The position numbers were made by a program, and so were the translations under genes. The notes under the pieces are model-generated. The model saw only the letters and a program-made list of their open reading frames with translations. It was not told the origin of the DNA and made no database searches. Below are positions 59,395 to 64,000 of a stretch of 64,000 nt of DNA, piece by piece (within the stretch, counting starts at the first letter, position 1; every line of letters starts with the position of its first letter). The DNA is from Chlorokybus atmophyticus (taxonomy: Eukaryota; Plantae; Mesostigma and Chlorokybus algae), in assembly GCA_009103225.1 (NCBI GenBank), contig RHPI01000260.1, positions 320,203 to 384,202 on the forward strand, given 5' to 3'.

Positions 59395-61953
59395 ATGAGC
59401 AGGCCCACCCCGTTCTCCCCAATAGACGAGGGTGACCTCAGCAGTTGGAGCCCAACCACCAATCTCACCTACGAGCGGACCAGTGACGGAAGCATCGACC
59501 GCAGCAGCAGAGGCTCGCGCTCCATCTCCAGCTTCACCCCGCTCCACTCTACTCCTCGTCATCCAGCTTCTCCACTATCATCGGACAGCGACGACAACGA
59601 GATGGAATCTTCCAGTTCAACCACATCCCTGCGCTTCTCCGGACGTGCCGGCACCACCTCGCTGGATGAGTTCATCATCAAGTTCCACTCCAAGATGCGG
59701 CAGCAAGCACTGAAGAACAAAGACTGGTCAGATGAGATCTCTTTCCACATTGCTGCTCAGTATCTTGATCATGAAGCACACGATGTCTGGAAGTCCGTTG
59801 CTGAACTGCATCGAGTAGACGGCTATGGCGAGCTTGCCAGCACCATAGCATCTGCATCCCTGCACCGTCCAGCAGGTGTCATTCCACCTGCCACTTCAGT
59901 TGCAGTAACAGGCTTGACCATAGCTGCAGCTCTCAAGCAGGCAGAGGAGGAGGAACCAGAGTTGGTACTTGTCAACTTGACCCCTGCAGAAGTTGAGTCC
60001 AAGGAGGCCACACGTCGAGTCCGCATCCTTGACCGTTCTGCCATCATCATTGAGGAACAAAGAGCTGTACAGCAAGCGGCAGCCGCAGAGTGGGGTACTC
60101 CTCTACCTCCAGCAACACCTGGCTCTCGTGCAGGAGGCAGCGCTTTCACCCTCGGGTCAGTAGCACTGCGCGCACCAGCCATCACCGTAGGTGCTGCCAT
60201 CTCTGATTCTCCACTCAAGGACCTGTACGCTGCCCTGCGCCGTACCTTCCCTCCTCAGACCACCAGCAAGGTTGAGGAGCTGAGACGCTTCCGACGCAAG
60301 CCCAATGAGGATCCCCTCCGCTTGTACTCCAGACTGGAAGGTCTGCTGAAGGACACTGACTACAAGATTGTCAGTGAGGAGGCTGCTGCAGTGATATACG
60401 TCAATGAGTTGGATGCTGCTCTGAGCGAGTCGACACGCCTGACTCTGAACTACAGCAGGCCCCTTGGCTACACCCTCAAAGAAGCCTTCGAGACTGCACA
60501 AGCCATCCACAAGCGCTTGGTGTATGAGAAGGCAGTGCTGGACACCAACCGCAGCGCCGTACGGCCTGTAGTCAGCACGACAACTGAGCCTCCTCGCCGC
60601 GACCGTGGCCGGGACGCTCCACCAGCACGCGACAAAGGGAAACGGTCAGCTCATGCTGCACTTGCTGCCCCTGTGCTGTGTCATCGCTGTGGACGGCATG
60701 GGCACTACCAAAAGGAGTGCACCGAAGAATACTCAACTTTGGTTTGCGACCACTGTCACAAGACTGGTCATTTGGAGTCAGTCTGCTGGCTCAAGTTCCC
60801 AGAGTTGAGGCCCGCCAACAGCTACAACCACAACTACTTCGGTGGCTACAACAGCAACAACACTGGAGGCCACACTGGCAACAACTTCAGTGGCTACAAC
60901 AGCAACAACACTGGAGGCCACACTGGCAACCACTTCAGTGGCTACAATAGCAACAACACTGGAGCCCACAACAGCAACAACGCTGGTGGCAGTAACAACA
61001 ACAACAATGCCAGTGCTCGCAAGGAAGAGCAAGGCTACAGGGGGAAGAACAGACCTCCTCAGCGTAAGGGACCAGAGACACGTCCGCGCGCTGCTGCTGT
61101 TGCCGCCAAGGCTTCAGCCAACCCACCAGCTGATGACCATATGGCAGCCCTCATGGCGCGTATGGCGCGCTTGGAGGAAGACAAGGAGCAGGACTACCGC
61201 GCCTGCTACGCTGCCCGATGGGCGCTGATGGCTGCAAAACGCGAGAGAGACAGGAACACTCCGTCCCGCGTGCAACCATCACGACGAGCACGAGGGGAAG
61301 CTGCAACAACATCAGCAGGCACCTCCTCCGAAGTCACCAGTGGTGCTGCCTCCGCAGCAACAGCCACACCGGCTACAACGTTGACTCCATCAACGTCAGC
61401 ATTACCCACTCCAGTTGCACCACGACCTGGTACACCGGTGGGCATCGTGACGCCGACGCTGGTGAGCACACTGGCAGCAGCCGCCATCACTACCGAGTCT
61501 GCACCAGTGGGCGGTGCACTTCCCACTGCAGCAGCGCCTCTGTCCGTAGGCGTTGAGACCACTCTCGCACCACTGACCGATACCGTCGCAACTGCCACAA
61601 TGGCCATCGTCGAGCCCGCTGTCTCTGCAGCGACGCGCGCAGCCACTCTGCCCGCTCTCGGCGTCACTCAGGCTGTCCCAACTGGTCAGCAAGCTGAACG
61701 AGCATGGGAAACCATCCTGCGCGGAGCAGACCCCACTACCATCGCCTTCGGTCGGGGGGGGGAGCGCACCACGCGTGTCGCCCGCGATGATCGCGTCTTC
61801 CCGCTACCAGAGGTTCACACCCTTCCAGCACTCACTCAACACCAGTTAGAAGATGAGATCCTTGCTGGCACTGCACCCCCGATGCGTGACAGGGTGTTCT
61901 TGATCAGCTACAGCCCACCTGTAGTGTTGAAGTTGGCTCTGCAGCTGTTCTGA
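59395..61953 (+). CDS. Gag-like ORF of a second LTR-type retroelement (two zinc knuckles, Asn/Gly repeats, Ala/Thr-rich tail)
   Basis: FSGRAGTTSLDEF, FRRKPNEDPLRLYSRL, CHRCGRHGHYQKEC, CDHCHKTGHLESVC. Confidence 0.8.
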   Translation: MSRPTPFSPIDEGDLSSWSPTTNLTYERTSDGSIDRSSRGSRSISSFTPLHSTPRHPASPLSSDSDDNEMESSSSTTSLRFSGRAGTTSLDEFIIKFHSKMRQQALKNKDWSDEISFHIAAQYLDHEAHDVWKSVAELHRVDGYGELASTIASASLHRPAGVIPPATSVAVTGLTIAAALKQAEEEEPELVLVNLTPAEVESKEATRRVRILDRSAIIIEEQRAVQQAAAAEWGTPLPPATPGSRAGGSAFTLGSVALRAPAITVGAAISDSPLKDLYAALRRTFPPQTTSKVEELRRFRRKPNEDPLRLYSRLEGLLKDTDYKIVSEEAAAVIYVNELDAALSESTRLTLNYSRPLGYTLKEAFETAQAIHKRLVYEKAVLDTNRSAVRPVVSTTTEPPRRDRGRDAPPARDKGKRSAHAALAAPVLCHRCGRHGHYQKECTEEYSTLVCDHCHKTGHLESVCWLKFPELRPANSYNHNYFGGYNSNNTGGHTGNNFSGYNSNNTGGHTGNHFSGYNSNNTGAHNSNNAGGSNNNNNASARKEEQGYRGKNRPPQRKGPETRPRAAAVAAKASANPPADDHMAALMARMARLEEDKEQDYRACYAARWALMAAKRERDRNTPSRVQPSRRARGEAATTSAGTSSEVTSGAASAATATPATTLTPSTSALPTPVAPRPGTPVGIVTPTLVSTLAAAAITTESAPVGGALPTAAAPLSVGVETTLAPLTDTVATATMAIVEPAVSAATRAATLPALGVTQAVPTGQQAERAWETILRGADPTTIAFGRGGERTTRVARDDRVFPLPEVHTLPALTQHQLEDEILAGTAPPMRDRVFLISYSPPVVLKLALQLF
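60844..60990 (+). repeat. 48-bp coding tandem repeat (GYNSNNTGGHTGNNFS), ~3 copies
   Basis: Units start at 60844, 60892 and 60940. Confidence 0.95.
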
Positions 61954-64000
61954 GCGTTGCACAACAACATGCAGACCGCCCCTCGCCAGCCTGCACGCAT
62001 GCCAACCACCACCTTTGAACCCAGCCCGTTGGACACGTATCGAGACCGCCGAGACGCCATCCAGCAGCGAATCGCCGACGCAGCCGACCTGCCTTTGGGC
62101 ACTGATGAAGCACTCGGACCTCCTACAACCGCTCGTCTTCATCAGCGCTACCACGCACTGGAACAAGCATATCATTGGCGACAGGATCAAACTGCCGCCA
62201 TTGCTGCACGTGAACAAGCTCTTGAAGCTACACGTGCACCAATACCTCAGTCACCAACTGCTGGTCCATCCTCCAGCACCACTCCGCTCTTCGTCGGGAC
62301 CAACTCTGACCAAGCGAGGGCGTTGGCTCAACAAACCAGGGGGGTGATCGCCCCGTTGCTGCCTGCGCTGGTGGAAGATCTACCAAAGGACCAAAGGGAG
62401 CCAGGGAGGGGCTACCTTACACCACAAGGGTGTACACAAAGAGATGGAGTAGGACTGGTTGGAGAGCAACAACTACGCACTGCTCTGCTGCGACAAGCAA
62501 CCATGCTGCATCGGCAAGAAGGCATCGGACTGCGGCAGATGCTTGGGATGCCAGACAGTGGCAACGCGGCACGCGCACGGTTAGTGACGTGGCTGGTTAC
62601 CAACCATCCCGCAGTCCCGTTGTTCGCTTTCGGCGCGAGAATAGCGTGGGTGGACGCATTCCTTCGCTCCATACGGCAAGCCTATGATGAAGTGGCTTCC
62701 GCCGCCACTGACACTCTGGAGGGAGCTCTGGAGGCGATACTGAGTTTGCCAGGGGTGGAGGCAAGACGTCAGCGCAGACGCATCGCCACTGCTTACGAGC
62801 AGCATGTCCAACAGCCAGAGACCCAGCTCACTGTACGCACACGAGCAATAACAGTGCTGGAAGTGGGAGTGGTCAACGGCAGATGGGATGCTTACATGGC
62901 AGGGATCCTCAGGGTGCCCACCATCACCCACGACATGAGAGCGCGGCTCCTACGCGCAGTGTACCTGCAGCCCATGCCTCAGAACCATCGCTATATAGAT
63001 GCGGACAACAATGCGACGGCGACATGGGAAGGTACACTAGTCAGAGAGGCAGCCCATGCTGTGCGATGGACCTATGCAGAGGAGCAGGCTGCACGAGAGG
63101 CAGTCCCGCAAACACCAGGTCCTCCAGGGTTCCCGCCACAGCCACTGGCCACTCCTCCTGGCATGACAACAGCTGCACAGAGGGTCAACCCTCCTGCACC
63201 TCCACTTGGACAGGTTGCAGCAGCACCTCCAGTGCCTAGGCCACCGCGCGTGTACCAGCAACCGCGACAAGGACGGTTTGGACAAAGCCGAGGACAAGGA
63301 GGCCCACAAGATCCATCAGGCAGAGGAGCCCTGGCTGCCCTACGGTCAGGCCCCGCAGATGAGAATAAAGCAACAGTCTCTCCACGCAAGAGGTTCCGTC
63401 GCTTCAAGAGGCTGCGCATCAACGCCAATGCAGCCATGATCGCCAACCAAGGCAAGCATGTGACCGTCAATGGGCGGGCACCCAAACGCGTGATGCTGGA
63501 CACTGGAGCACAGCCTGTCATCATTGGGCGCTACCTCGCACGAGATCTCGGCATCACCAGCGCTGAGCTGCTTCCCTGTCCCTATCAGCTGGACACCGCA
63601 ACCGGCAACCGTGACAAGGTACTCGGCCTTACCAAGCAGGCTGTGAGCATCCGCCTCACCGGACTAAACCCTTCCCACAGCACCGAGATTGTACAAAGGT
63701 GTGTGGTCACCGATGCCGGGTCCTTTGACCTACTGTTGGGACAGGACTGCAACTTCCCTGTCGGCATGGGGCTGGACTGCTGGACTGAGCAGGCATGGTT
63801 TCGACCACATTGGGATGAGGACGATGGAGAGGAGCAGGGATTCCTACCTCTCGAACTGGTGGCCAAGGACCGCTCGCAACGAAGATCGGCTGCAGCAGCC
63901 ACCTACAGTCTTACAAAAAGCTCACGTGTGCCTCGTGCCCGAACGCAGCCGAGGACAACTGCAACGAGCTCGAGCCCGAGCCTAAACGCTGAAGAGGACT
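61954..64000 (+). CDS. Open frame continuing in-frame after the gag TGA to the window end; contains a retropepsin-like protease
   Basis: Hand translation found no stop from 61954 to 64000. VMLDTGAQPVIIG (Asp at 63499-63501) and FDLLLG. Absent from the ORF track because it is open-ended. Confidence 0.8.

Overview
This is eukaryotic, intron-rich (GT-AG) nuclear DNA from a photosynthetic green-lineage alga. The evidence is a nuclear chloroplast ATP-synthase delta gene with a transit peptide; an early-diverging streptophyte alga is only a guess. There are two N-gaps. The first ~22 kb holds ordinary genes: FGGY pentulose kinase, NAA50, ATPD, CGFS glutaredoxin, a GT15 mannosyltransferase-like gene, RRN3 and a TSNAXIP1/C6orf118-like coiled-coil gene. 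The stretch ~24-47 kb is a decayed tandem triplication of a tail-to-tail [F-box-like gene / PHT4-SLC17 anion transporter] cassette. Its first F-box-like copy is split by a hAT transposon (26383-36583; imperfect 18-bp TIRs, 8-bp TSD). That hAT is in turn split by a near-intact Ty3/gypsy chromovirus (29090-36196; 339-bp LTRs, ATTCC TSD). The chromovirus carries an unexplained ~120-aa segment between Gag and protease that resembles a degenerate N6-adenine methyltransferase, and a fold-back-type duplication at its 3' LTR. The right end holds a large multi-exon VWA-domain gene, a 262-bp tandem repeat, a decayed intron-containing Crypton-like tyrosine-recombinase element, and the 5' part of a second, atypical LTR-type retroelement with a very long Gag-to-protease region. 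All protein-family calls come from motif recognition by eye; no database search was run.
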